NCBI GenBank assembly: GCA_027339965.1
Contig: DAHWNL010000025.1
Location: 1-34,194, forward strand
Origin: Granulicella sp.
GTDB taxonomy: Bacteria > Acidobacteriota > Terriglobia > Terriglobales > Acidobacteriaceae
Direction: 5' to 3'
DNA length: 34,194 bases
Made by a program: the position numbers and the translations under genes
Notes under the pieces: generated by a model
Databases searched by the model: none
The model's input: the letters and a program-made list of their open reading frames with translations, nothing else
What the model was told of the DNA's origin: nothing
Part shown: positions 1 through 9,774 of the stretch, piece after piece
Position numbering within the stretch: the first letter of the stretch is position 1
Layout of the letters: every line of letters starts with the position of its first letter

Positions 1-1
1 C

Positions 2-2302
2 GATCTTTACGCAGTGAACAGAAACAACAAGCTGACTGTTACGGCTCAGTTCGGAAAACAGACACCGACTGGCACCATCTTCAACGGTGGAACCATGCTG
101 CCGCTTCCTTACGCGAGCACCAGATTCTCGCCCTCGGATACCCATCTAGCGCAAGCTCAAGATACGCAGATCATAACCCCAAATCTGGTGAATGTCGTTG
201 GCTATCAATATGAACGTTATGGCAACGGACTCGACAACTACACCACTTCGGGTGACTGGGCCACGAAGGCTGGTCTTACAGGACTTCCTACCGACGGAAT
301 TGCAGCCGACGATTTTCCTCCTGTCGCCTTTAGCGGAGCTAATTCGCCGACGAGCTGGGCACTCTATGGTTTTTCAGCCCAACAGGATAACGTGGTCGCA
401 TCCAATGAATTCCAGGACAACGTCCAATGGGTCCATCGTAACTCCAATTTCACCTTCGGCGGGTTTGTCCAGTTTGCCAAGAACGACACGACAACTCCCA
501 CCCAGCTCACCGCATTCAATTTCAGTGCCTTGCAGACAACAGGCTACTCCCCAACAGGTGTGCCGTTGGCAGCTGAAGGTAACAGCTACGCAAGCTATCT
601 GCTTGGTGAAGTCGACTCTGGAAGTTTGGCTGACACCACCGTTCCTGAAGTCGAAGGGCGTTACGCAGCTTACGCGCTCTACGCTCAGGATAACTGGAAG
701 CTGACCAATGAGCTTACAGTGAATCTGGGCTTGCGGTACATCATCGACACGCCTTTCGTAGAAGCACACAACAAGCTGTCCTTCATGAACGCGAGCCTCC
801 CAAATGCGGAGGTGGACAACTTCCCAGGCATCCTGCAATTTGCGGGTAGCGGCGCAGATAGTTGCAATTGCAGGACTCCGGTGCAGACCAAGTTCAATAC
901 CTTTGAGCCACGAGTTGGATTTGCGTACAGCCCCAAGCTAGGCACTGTTCTTCGCGGATCCTATAGCATCGTAAGCTTCCGGTCTGCGGGTCTTGGTGGT
1001 ACCACTCCAGACTTTGGACAGTTGGGATACACCGCTAACCCGTCTTTTGTTCCTCCCAACAACAATGGTGTGGAGGCCTTCAACTGGAACAACGGCATAC
1101 CAGCGTATACGCATGCTCCGTTCCTTGAGCCAACTCTCAACACAGGTTTCAATACCACCACGGGTCCAACAGGCGGCGGCATTGTCTACCCAGATCCAGG
1201 CCACGCTGGATATCCTTCCTATACGGAATACTGGAATCTGACTGTGCAGCAGCAGATTACACCAAGCACCGCCCTTTCTTTGAGTTATGCGGGCAGCAAG
1301 ACGAGTCGTCTGGCTCTGAGCGGTGGATACCAGGCATTTTCAAACCAGCTCAATCCAAAGTATCTCGCCTTGGGTGAACTATTGAACCTGCCCGCCACTC
1401 CGTCGAATATTGCAGCGGCGCAGGCAATTATGCCAGGAGTTGGCCCTCAATATGCCAACTTTGATGGATCGATTGCGCAGATGCTGAGGCCATTTCCGCA
1501 GTATGCGGGCATCGATGATCGGGTCGCCGATTATGCCACCGGACAATATAACTCGATGCAGGTGCTCGCTGAGCATTTGATGGGCCATCACGTCTTCTTC
1601 CTGGTTGACTATACCTGGAGCCGAGAGATTGATGATAACGGTGGTGAGAGTTCACGCGGTGGAACCGATCGCACCGCGTGGGACATACGGCTGGATCGAT
1701 CCATCGCGAACCTCCCGACCCAGGTCTTCAGTGGCTCTGCCAGCTATCAGCTTCCGATCGGGCAAGGGCAGGCGCTATCCTTCCACAGTCACCTTCTCAA
1801 CAATCTCGCCGGCAATTGGACCTTGTCGGCCATCGTGGGCTACAACAACGGTTCCTACCTTGGCCCATTCGGCTCTGTATGCGTCCTGCCGGATGCTGGC
1901 AGCTGCTACGCGGATTACAATCCGTCGTTCACGGGACCAGCTCGCATCAATGGACCTTATGGCAAGGATGCGTCGACAGGCGGACCCAAGGTAAATCCAG
2001 TACCGTATATCAACATAAACGCCTTCCAGAACGCAGCGCCCTTCACCTACGGTACAACGCCAAGGGATGGAGCTTACGGAATCCGTTCCGATGGCGGCAA
2101 GAATGAAGAGGTGGCGATGGATAAGACGTTTACCCTTGTCAACCGCATATCGCTCGACCTGAGAGCCGATGCATTCAACCTCTTCAACCGTACGATCTGG
2201 TCCGCACCAGTCACAAATATCAACAGTCCCGCTTTTGGTCACATCACCGGACAAGCCAATGCGCCTCGTCAACTGCAGTTTGAGGCGTATATCAGATTCT
2301 AA
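2..2302 (+). CDS. TonB-dependent outer-membrane receptor (Oar-like, Acidobacteria type), 5'-truncated by the window edge
   Basis: Frame is open from base 2, so the GTG at 14 is not the true start. Typical barrel motifs: YALYAQDNWKLTNELTVNLGLRY, FEPRVGFAY, WNLTVQQQI, LRADAFNLFN. Ends PRQLQFEAYIRF with a C-terminal Phe. Confidence 0.93.
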   Translation, partial: DLYAVNRNNKLTVTAQFGKQTPTGTIFNGGTMLPLPYASTRFSPSDTHLAQAQDTQIITPNLVNVVGYQYERYGNGLDNYTTSGDWATKAGLTGLPTDGIAADDFPPVAFSGANSPTSWALYGFSAQQDNVVASNEFQDNVQWVHRNSNFTFGGFVQFAKNDTTTPTQLTAFNFSALQTTGYSPTGVPLAAEGNSYASYLLGEVDSGSLADTTVPEVEGRYAAYALYAQDNWKLTNELTVNLGLRYIIDTPFVEAHNKLSFMNASLPNAEVDNFPGILQFAGSGADSCNCRTPVQTKFNTFEPRVGFAYSPKLGTVLRGSYSIVSFRSAGLGGTTPDFGQLGYTANPSFVPPNNNGVEAFNWNNGIPAYTHAPFLEPTLNTGFNTTTGPTGGGIVYPDPGHAGYPSYTEYWNLTVQQQITPSTALSLSYAGSKTSRLALSGGYQAFSNQLNPKYLALGELLNLPATPSNIAAAQAIMPGVGPQYANFDGSIAQMLRPFPQYAGIDDRVADYATGQYNSMQVLAEHLMGHHVFFLVDYTWSREIDDNGGESSRGGTDRTAWDIRLDRSIANLPTQVFSGSASYQLPIGQGQALSFHSHLLNNLAGNWTLSAIVGYNNGSYLGPFGSVCVLPDAGSCYADYNPSFTGPARINGPYGKDASTGGPKVNPVPYININAFQNAAPFTYGTTPRDGAYGIRSDGGKNEEVAMDKTFTLVNRISLDLRADAFNLFNRTIWSAPVTNINSPAFGHITGQANAPRQLQFEAYIRF

Positions 2303-2308
2303 CCTGGC

Positions 2309-2361
2309 GGGGGGGATGAGCTTCTTAGACAGCAAAAGCTCGCCCCCCCCCAACATCTTTT
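2309..2361 (+). terminator. Probable intrinsic terminator hairpin after the TonB receptor gene
   Basis: GGGGGGGATGAGCTT (2309-2323) pairs with AAGCTCGCCCCCCCCC (2336-2351), 6 nt after the stop codon, and is followed by AACATCTTTT. Confidence 0.7.
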
Positions 2362-2936
2362 AGCTGCCAGACCACCCTCGGCCGCTCCTCAGCCATCGCT
2401 CAGCAGCTTGCCCTCAACCGCTCGCGTCTCCGGGAAGGAAGCCAGCGTAGCGAAGGGGAATGGGAGGTTTTCTTATTTCAGTCTCGATCACCCTTTAAAC
2501 GTCGAGGTTCTTGTTCCAGCAAGGCGAACCGATCGAATCCTTACGGTGGCGATCCTGCCATTGCTGCTGCATGATTCCTAGAGAGCGGTTGCCTGTCGGT
2601 CTTGTCCCCGGCGTGTTGACTCTGCCGTGCGGCATAGCCCGCAAGGAGAACATTTCATCAGCGCCAGGATCTCTGGACTGGGTGAAGAAGCAGGCGACAG
2701 GTTTCTTGACTGGAGCACCATAGGTGCAAGGAGCAAGCGCATTAAGACGAGGTTTACGAACGAAGGAGAAGGTTCGTATGGCTTATTGATTCTGCGTCGC
2801 GGCAGCCTGGAGGTCTGGGTAGAATTCAGTGGCAGGCTACGTCAAGCAGGTTTACTCCGGCTTTGCCGTGATGTCCGGATGGTTGGCCAGCCAGATGTGC
2901 TCGCATCCGGCTAGATCAAGGGAGCAAAAACAGGCA

Positions 2937-4463
2937 ATGAAGAGACGCACCGTATTGAAGGGGATTGGAGGCGCAATCGCGGCTGCTACCGTCCAGCCAA
3001 AGCGCTCGCTGGCTGAGCTGGCGTCCAGTCCACCGAACGTAGTCTTTGTGATTGCGGATCAATGGCGAGCCCAAGCATTGGGTTGCATGGGCAACGCCGA
3101 CATACGAACACCGAACCTCGACAAGCTGGCCTCTGAGGGTGTTCTGATGCGCCACACCTTTGCGAACACCCCGGTGTGTTGCCCGGCAAGGTCGTGCATG
3201 CTTACAGGTAATTATGTGAGCAAAACGGGCATGGTGGCCAACGATCTTCGGCTGCGGGAGTCAGAGATCACCTTGGGAGACCTGTTTTCTAAGGCGGGCT
3301 ACAGCACCGGTTATATCGGCAAGTGGCATCTGGACGGAGGGCCTCGTCTTCCCGGGTTCGTCCCTCCGGGCCGGCGGAGGCATGGCTTCCAGCACTGGGC
3401 AGCCAATGAGTGCAATCATAACTATTTTTACAACTGGTACTTCCGAGACGACAATGTTCCGATCGTCAAGGAAGAGTATGAGCCTGAGATGTGGACGCGT
3501 CTGGCCATCGAATTTCTCTATGAATCGCAAGACAAGCCTTTCTTCCTTACCGTGTCCTATGCTGCTCCGCACGATCCGTACGTAGCGCCAGAAAAGTACA
3601 TGAAAATGTACGATGCTGAGAAGTTGAAGATGCGGGAAAACTGGGTAGAGGATGTCCCGCATGGAGAGCGCAAGGACATTGCAGGCTATTATGCCGGCTG
3701 TACTGCTATCGATGACCAGTTGGGTCTTCTGTTCCGTGCAATCGAGGAGCTTGGGTTGAAGGACAATACCATTGTGATGTTCACATCCGACCACGGAGAC
3801 ATGCTCGGTTCCCAGGGGATGATTCTCAAGCGCAAGCCGTGGGAGGAATCGATTCGCGTCCCAGGTATCATTCGCTACCCCAGGCGTATTCCTGCCGGGC
3901 GTGAGTCGGATGCTTTGTTCTCGCAGGTGGATTACGCGGCCACTCTGCTTGGGCTGTGTGGCCTGCCGGTTCCTGGCAGCATGCAGGGCACAGACCAGTC
4001 CGAGGTGCTGACGGGGGCAAAATCGAGTGGGCCGGAGGCCGTGCATTTCCAAATATTTGGGCCTTACGAACACTCCAAACTCAAGGCGGGGTGGCGCGGA
4101 ATCCGTACAGAGCAATATATGTATGCGCGATGGCAGAAGGGTGCGTGGCTGCTTTACGATCTAAAGCAAGATCCTTACGAGATGAGGAATCTGGTCTCCG
4201 ACCCGGCCTATTCCTCCGTGAAAGATGATCTTGATACGAGGCTGCAGAAGTGGATGCAGGAGATCGGCGATTCATGGGAGATGAACTGGACGTTTCCCAT
4301 CGAGGATGGCCCGGAGCTGTGGAGTTACAAGACGTTTTACACCGTGCCGGAATATCTGGAGTGGGCGAAGCGAAATCCCAACCTAGCGCCGGGTGTTGAA
4401 GACTGGCTCACCAAGCACCCTTCCGACCCTGAAGATTGGGTAGCAGTGCATGGTTCGAGCTAG
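2937..4463 (+). CDS. Tat-exported formylglycine-dependent (S1, Cys-type) sulfatase
   Basis: Start moved to ATG 2937, giving MKRRTVLKG (twin-arginine signal). Motifs PNVVFVIADQ, TPVCCPARSCMLTG (CxPxR), GYSTGYIGKWHL, PHDPY, FTSDHG, LYDLKQDPYEMRNL. Confidence 0.95.
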   Translation: MKRRTVLKGIGGAIAAATVQPKRSLAELASSPPNVVFVIADQWRAQALGCMGNADIRTPNLDKLASEGVLMRHTFANTPVCCPARSCMLTGNYVSKTGMVANDLRLRESEITLGDLFSKAGYSTGYIGKWHLDGGPRLPGFVPPGRRRHGFQHWAANECNHNYFYNWYFRDDNVPIVKEEYEPEMWTRLAIEFLYESQDKPFFLTVSYAAPHDPYVAPEKYMKMYDAEKLKMRENWVEDVPHGERKDIAGYYAGCTAIDDQLGLLFRAIEELGLKDNTIVMFTSDHGDMLGSQGMILKRKPWEESIRVPGIIRYPRRIPAGRESDALFSQVDYAATLLGLCGLPVPGSMQGTDQSEVLTGAKSSGPEAVHFQIFGPYEHSKLKAGWRGIRTEQYMYARWQKGAWLLYDLKQDPYEMRNLVSDPAYSSVKDDLDTRLQKWMQEIGDSWEMNWTFPIEDGPELWSYKTFYTVPEYLEWAKRNPNLAPGVEDWLTKHPSDPEDWVAVHGSS

Positions 4464-4751
4464 ACGCTTTATGCCTCCCGATGAAGAAGATCCTCTCCAC
4501 ACCGTGCCGCCGCTCGAAACGGACGCGCGCGCTGGAGTCTGGGACGCTTCCGATCAGGGAGAAGTGCTTGCCTCCGGGACGGAAGTTCTTGTCCGGATTC
4601 TCAGTGTGGAGCGCAGGGAGGATCTGTTGAAGAAGGAGCACAGGCCAGCCTCCAGCGTTCGGCCAGGATTGTTGGCGTGGCGGGTTGTAGATGAAAGATG
4701 GCGAAAGACTGTTGACGTTCCCGTAAGATCCCAACGAGATTTGGAGCGTAT

Positions 4752-7700
4752 GTGAGCATGTTCAGTCGAACCCGCAGAGGCTTTCTGAAGCTGCTGGGCG
4801 CAAGTGCGGCTTTCAACGGAGCCGCGCCTTTGCCAGGCCGGCTGGCAAAGCTTCTGGCGCCAAAAGCGCCAGGGCAGGATACAGTCTCCAGAGTCCCGAC
4901 AGAGGAGGAGTTGCTGGAGGGTTGGATGGGTGCGAACAGAACGTACCGTCCGCACACTCGCTGGTGGTGGCCGGGGAATGCCGTTACCCGGGATGGCATC
5001 AGGTGGGAGTTGGATCAGATGCGCTCTCAGGGTATCGGAGGGGTGGAACTGATGACCCCGTGGCGGATGTATGAGTCGGGGAACATCGACTACCTCTCCC
5101 AAGGGCACCTGGAGATGATCCGGTTTGCCATCCGAGAAGCCGAACTCCGGGACATGGAGGTGTCAATCAGTTTCTGCCCCGGTTGGAAGTTTGGGGGCGA
5201 CTGGGTTCCTCCAACTCAGAGGAGCAAAGTATTGACCCATGGCTGGACGGATGTGACCGGGCCAGCCCTTTATGACGAGGCTCTGCCGGCCTTTGTTGCG
5301 CCCCCCAGTGGCAATGGTGAACTGAACCCGCAGTTTCTCTCTGATGCGCCAGATGAAAACCAGATTGTTGCCGTACTGGCCGGAGCCGTGGTTGACCGAA
5401 GGATCGACCCATTCTCGGTGATCGATCTAAGCTCCCATGTGACGGGGAACCACTTGCAGTGGTCGGTTCCGAGCGGCGACTGGAAGTTGATGGTGTTTCG
5501 CCTTAAATATACAGGAGAGTTATGCGCCACAACTCAGAACTGGCCGAAGCGCCAGTGGGTATTGGACCACTTTAGCCGAGCCGCAGTGAGCAATTACTGC
5601 AACTTTCTCGGTGGAACGTTCTTTGAGAGCTTTGGAGAGGACTTTGGGAAAACGGTAAACAGTCTATTCTCTGACAGCTTTGAAGTGATGGTCATCCCCG
5701 GAACCGTTCACTGGACGAACCATGCTCTGGCTGAATTTCAGCTCAGGAAAGGCTATGACCTGACGCGCTACCTGCCTGCGATATGGTGGGATATGGGCGA
5801 GATAACGCCGAAGATTCGATACGACGTCAACGACTTCCTTGGATGGATCGGCATGGAGGCCTTCTTCAAGCCTTTTATCGAATGGAGCAGATCGCATGAC
5901 GTCGATGCGAGAATTCAGCCTTATTACAGATTCACGGAGGAGCTGATAGAAGGGGCTGGATCGTCGCCGAGGCCCGAAATGGAGGTGACCACGCCCAGCT
6001 TTGATGTGGTGACAGACCCGAGGAAGGCCGTAGCGTCGGGAGCCCATTTCTACGGTCGGGAGATCATATCCGCCGAGGCCTATACCTTCCTCCATCCAGA
6101 AAGATACCGGACGACCCTTGAAGAGATGAAGATCGCATCCGATGCGTTTCTCCGAGACGGTGTTACCCAGTTTTATAACCATGGTTATATCTATTCTCCG
6201 GAGATGCATGTTGCGCCCTCTCGCGATATGCCGTGGGCAAATCGTATCAGCCACTGGAATCCATGGTGGAAGCATTACAACCAGTTGACCGCGTACTTGA
6301 CGCGATGCTGCTTTCTTCTGCGGCAGGGCCAGTTTGCGGGTGATGTCCTCGTGTATACGCCGCAAGCCAATGTATGGACGCAGCGTGTGCTTTTCAACAA
6401 CAGACGGCGCACGATGCCGTATGGAAATTTAGGGCAACTGCTGGTGGCCAATGGATACGATTTCGATCTTGTCAATGACGATCTTCTTCAGAATCACTCT
6501 CGCGTGCAGGACGGAGAGATTCGGATTCGAAATCTGAAGTATCGGCTGCTGATCCTTCCGAACACCAAAGCGGTGCCGTTGAAAACCATGCAGGCAATTG
6601 AGAGATTTGTCGAGGCCGGCGGTGTGGTGATGGCACTGGGCGAGAGACCATCCCAGTCTGTGGGGCTGGAAGACTATAAACGCCGCGATGCCGAGGTGCT
6701 CCGAATATCAGACAGGCTATTCAATAAGAAGAGCGGCGGAAACGATCCTTTGGGGAGTGGTAAGGCCTATTCTCTTCCGGGGTATCGGATTCCGGACTTT
6801 GAGACAGCGGAGGAAGCCTTCAATCCCACTGCCGCCGCGAAGGTACCGCAGTACAGCTCGAAGGACGTTGAGCAATGTCTGTTCGGAGCGACGCCCGCTC
6901 CTGCGATGGAGATGACCAGAGACGAAGAGGAGCTGATACAGGTGCTTTCTTCGCATCTCCTGCCAGATGTCAGCCTTGGCAAAGGGAAGACGAGCGCTGG
7001 GATCACGTTTCTCCATCGCAGGATCGGGCCAGACGATCTGTACTTCATCACCAATCTTTCTGCGCTGCCGGTCGCCACAGACATCTCATTCCGGATTCAG
7101 GGGAAGACGCCTCAGGCATGGGATCCGATGACGGGAGGCATCAACCCGGTTTACATTTATAAGACTGATTCAGTTACCACCACCATCCCTCTGAAGTTGA
7201 TGCCCTACGAGTCTCGCTTTTATCTCTTCAAGCCTGGTGAGCCTTCTCTCCGCCTGAGCGAATGCAACCTCGATGAGATACGAATCTTTACGAGGGATGA
7301 AGTGACAGGGCTTAGCTCTAAAGGCGGGGAAGAGCGTATCCAGGCGATCGATGGAACCTCCACAATCAGGGGTCACGTTATCGTCAAGCCGCCTCCTCCG
7401 CCTTTCACAATCGCGGGCAAGTGGAAGCTGACGCTGGAAGCCCATGACTTTGAGAAAGTCGTTGCAGAGACTCAGATCTTGAGATCGTGGACCGAGGTCG
7501 CTGCGTATGAAAGGTTCTCAGGAACGGGGAGATACAACATCAGTTTTGTGCTCCCAGATGCTTTCGCTGAAGAAGATATGGATCTGACCTTGGATCTTGG
7601 CGTGGTGGGTGATATCGCCGAGGTGTTTGTCAATGGAAAGCCTGGAGGCATTGCGTGGAGGAGGCCATATCATTTGAACGTTACAGCGCTCGTTCAGCAG

Positions 7701-7943
7701 GGAACAAATCTCCTCGATGTTCATGTGACGAATACGCTCATCAACGTTGTTTCAAAGATGCAGAAGCCACCCGGTGTGCCGGCGGAGTTAGTTCCACATT
7801 ACGGCAACACCGCAGACATTTATCACGAAGGGTTTGGGGTATGGTCACAGCGGGAAAAGGGTTTCACGCCATTGCCTCCTTCCGGGCTGCTGGGCCCCGT
7901 TAGGCTTCTGGGGAGGCGGATTGTGGAGGTGAAGCTATCCTAA
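4752..7943 (+). CDS. Tat-exported GH106-like glycoside hydrolase (alpha-L-rhamnosidase family) with C-terminal beta-sandwich domain
   Basis: TRRGFLK Tat motif. GH106-type motifs RPHTRWWWPGNAVTRDGIRWELDQM..GIGGVEL, FSDSFE, SAEAYT. C-terminal LDLGVVGDIAEVFVNG...VTNTLIN...PSGLLGPV. Start is GTG 4752 or ATG 4758. Substrate is not determinable from sequence. Confidence 0.85.
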   Translation: MSMFSRTRRGFLKLLGASAAFNGAAPLPGRLAKLLAPKAPGQDTVSRVPTEEELLEGWMGANRTYRPHTRWWWPGNAVTRDGIRWELDQMRSQGIGGVELMTPWRMYESGNIDYLSQGHLEMIRFAIREAELRDMEVSISFCPGWKFGGDWVPPTQRSKVLTHGWTDVTGPALYDEALPAFVAPPSGNGELNPQFLSDAPDENQIVAVLAGAVVDRRIDPFSVIDLSSHVTGNHLQWSVPSGDWKLMVFRLKYTGELCATTQNWPKRQWVLDHFSRAAVSNYCNFLGGTFFESFGEDFGKTVNSLFSDSFEVMVIPGTVHWTNHALAEFQLRKGYDLTRYLPAIWWDMGEITPKIRYDVNDFLGWIGMEAFFKPFIEWSRSHDVDARIQPYYRFTEELIEGAGSSPRPEMEVTTPSFDVVTDPRKAVASGAHFYGREIISAEAYTFLHPERYRTTLEEMKIASDAFLRDGVTQFYNHGYIYSPEMHVAPSRDMPWANRISHWNPWWKHYNQLTAYLTRCCFLLRQGQFAGDVLVYTPQANVWTQRVLFNNRRRTMPYGNLGQLLVANGYDFDLVNDDLLQNHSRVQDGEIRIRNLKYRLLILPNTKAVPLKTMQAIERFVEAGGVVMALGERPSQSVGLEDYKRRDAEVLRISDRLFNKKSGGNDPLGSGKAYSLPGYRIPDFETAEEAFNPTAAAKVPQYSSKDVEQCLFGATPAPAMEMTRDEEELIQVLSSHLLPDVSLGKGKTSAGITFLHRRIGPDDLYFITNLSALPVATDISFRIQGKTPQAWDPMTGGINPVYIYKTDSVTTTIPLKLMPYESRFYLFKPGEPSLRLSECNLDEIRIFTRDEVTGLSSKGGEERIQAIDGTSTIRGHVIVKPPPPPFTIAGKWKLTLEAHDFEKVVAETQILRSWTEVAAYERFSGTGRYNISFVLPDAFAEEDMDLTLDLGVVGDIAEVFVNGKPGGIAWRRPYHLNVTALVQQGTNLLDVHVTNTLINVVSKMQKPPGVPAELVPHYGNTADIYHEGFGVWSQREKGFTPLPPSGLLGPVRLLGRRIVEVKLS

Positions 7944-8472
7944 TTCGACTGTGTGATGGAAGATAAGGCGGCTAGTGCATGCCGCTCTCGGAACGTGTAT
8001 CGATTTGGAGGATGGCTTTGCAAGTGGTATTCAAGGATGCATTGCCGCGATAGTGGAGGGTGAAGATGTTGCTCTCCGAATCTCAAGTGTGAGCGACGTG
8101 GAGCGCTTGAAGCTGCATTCGACTGAGTGAAGATGGAGGGCAAGCGCAAAGGGGATGAGAACGAACTGCGTCGTCCCCGGGATGCGTGGCAAGGGACGGA
8201 TGCCGCTTGGATGCGCGAAGGAGCAAAGCGGCTGTGGCATGCTGCGTCTGAGAGCAGTTTCTTCGAGTGTTGTTATCAAGGTTATTTGGCGGTAAGTGGT
8301 GACGGAGCGTGGCGTCAGCGAGCGAAGCAACGATGGAAGCTGAACCATTAAGATCAAAAGAGAGTGTCTTAGTGGCTGCGACTGAAGAGAGACTCCACAA
8401 GGACCAGGTTTCAAGACTAATGAACCTGGACGGAAAGCGCACAGAGAGTGCGGGGAAGTTGAGGTACACGTT

Positions 8473-9501
8473 ATGAAGGGTCAAGCATTGAAGAGATGGA
8501 TGAGAGGTATGCTCGCGGCGGGCATCTTGTGCGGCTTGCACCAGATGGTGGCCCATGCACAGCAGTCAATCTTCCCTCATCCTCCAGCAAACCGAAATGT
8601 GACTATCTCGAATGGAAGTCTGTCGATCACCTTCAACATAGCCTGGGGTGGTGTCGTGGTGGCGATCCGTAATGCGCAGGTTGCAAATGGCTTGAACATT
8701 GTGGATGTTCATGACGTAGGGCGTGAGTTCCAGGTGGATCAGTTCCTGCATCTGATGATGGACGGAAAGAGGAGCCTGATGATCAATCCCACGCAAGCGG
8801 GCGCGCTTGGAAGGCAGGCTTATTATATGCACCCCAGAGGCGTGGCGATACCTCAGGTCGGCAGTAAGGTGGAGAAGTGGACTGCCGGACCAAGTGAGTT
8901 TCATGCCACCATCGACCCGCTGGACTACGATACAGGGAATCCCACGAACTGGGTGTATGTTGAGGACGTAAAGATCGATTCTCAGGGAGTAGCGAGGTTC
9001 CATTTCACTTTCTACAATCATGAGAAGACGACCTATCTTCTAGAGTCCGAGGTGCCGACGTTATACTCCGATTCAACAGATGCGTTCCTCTTTCCGTTGA
9101 CGTCGCCCTACGAGCGCTCAAATGCCGCCGCTCAGCCTCTGAAGAGTCAAGAGTGGCCGGTCAAGATGGTCCACGGAGAGAAGTGGCCTCAGGGCCATCT
9201 GAAGTCGCTGGGCTGGATTGCCAACATTGATACAAAAGATGACTTCGGGATCTTTTACACAACGCCAGTGGGATATCCAGAGACATACGGAACTTTTCCC
9301 AATTCAACCTATCCTGGGCTGGGACCGCTTGGGAAGACAAACGTTTCAACTGGCAGGCTGACGTCTTATCCGGGAGAGATCTATTCAATCGATTACTCCG
9401 TTGTGGTGAGCTCCATCAAGAGCGGCCCCAGTTTGATTTCGAAGCAACCACCGGCCATTCTGAAAATTCTGAGAGACGTACCACCGGGCAGTACGAAGTG
9501 A
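8473..9501 (+). CDS. Secreted protein of unknown function (GRxFQxD / NPTQAG domain)
   Basis: 342-aa ORF with GAGGT RBS, a Sec signal peptide ending AHA-Q, and a beta-strand-rich mature part. Confidence 0.85.
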   Translation: MKGQALKRWMRGMLAAGILCGLHQMVAHAQQSIFPHPPANRNVTISNGSLSITFNIAWGGVVVAIRNAQVANGLNIVDVHDVGREFQVDQFLHLMMDGKRSLMINPTQAGALGRQAYYMHPRGVAIPQVGSKVEKWTAGPSEFHATIDPLDYDTGNPTNWVYVEDVKIDSQGVARFHFTFYNHEKTTYLLESEVPTLYSDSTDAFLFPLTSPYERSNAAAQPLKSQEWPVKMVHGEKWPQGHLKSLGWIANIDTKDDFGIFYTTPVGYPETYGTFPNSTYPGLGPLGKTNVSTGRLTSYPGEIYSIDYSVVVSSIKSGPSLISKQPPAILKILRDVPPGSTK

Positions 9502-9774
9502 GGAATATGCCGGCAAGGGATAAAGACGTCGGGTGTTGAATCGGAGGGTACCGCTTGAGCCGGCGCAGCCTTATCCTGAGTTCGATTTCGGTGCCCATGG
9601 ATTGTAAGGAGTTGACGCTTCGGGTTTAGAAAAGACCGCTGAGAGGATGAAGAGCGAGTTGGCGGCATCCGGCCTTGTCGCACCGATCCGACAGAAGTAG
9701 CTTTCGAAGAAAGGCTTACTCCAGGAGGCAATGCGGAAATGATGATGAAAGATGGGTTATCGACGGAAGGATCT

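Noticed and set aside
2309..2351. G7 and C9 homopolymers as phase-variation tracts
   Set aside because: They are intergenic, downstream of the stop codon, and explained as the two arms of a terminator stem.
2362..2936. Short ORFs (2511-2723, 2627-2914) or an ncRNA in the 575-bp spacer
   Set aside because: No coding signature, family motif or convincing stem-loop set.
4450..4755. 101-aa ORF bridging the sulfatase and GH106 genes
   Set aside because: No RBS or recognisable motif. The stop overlapping the GH106 start is suggestive but not enough support.
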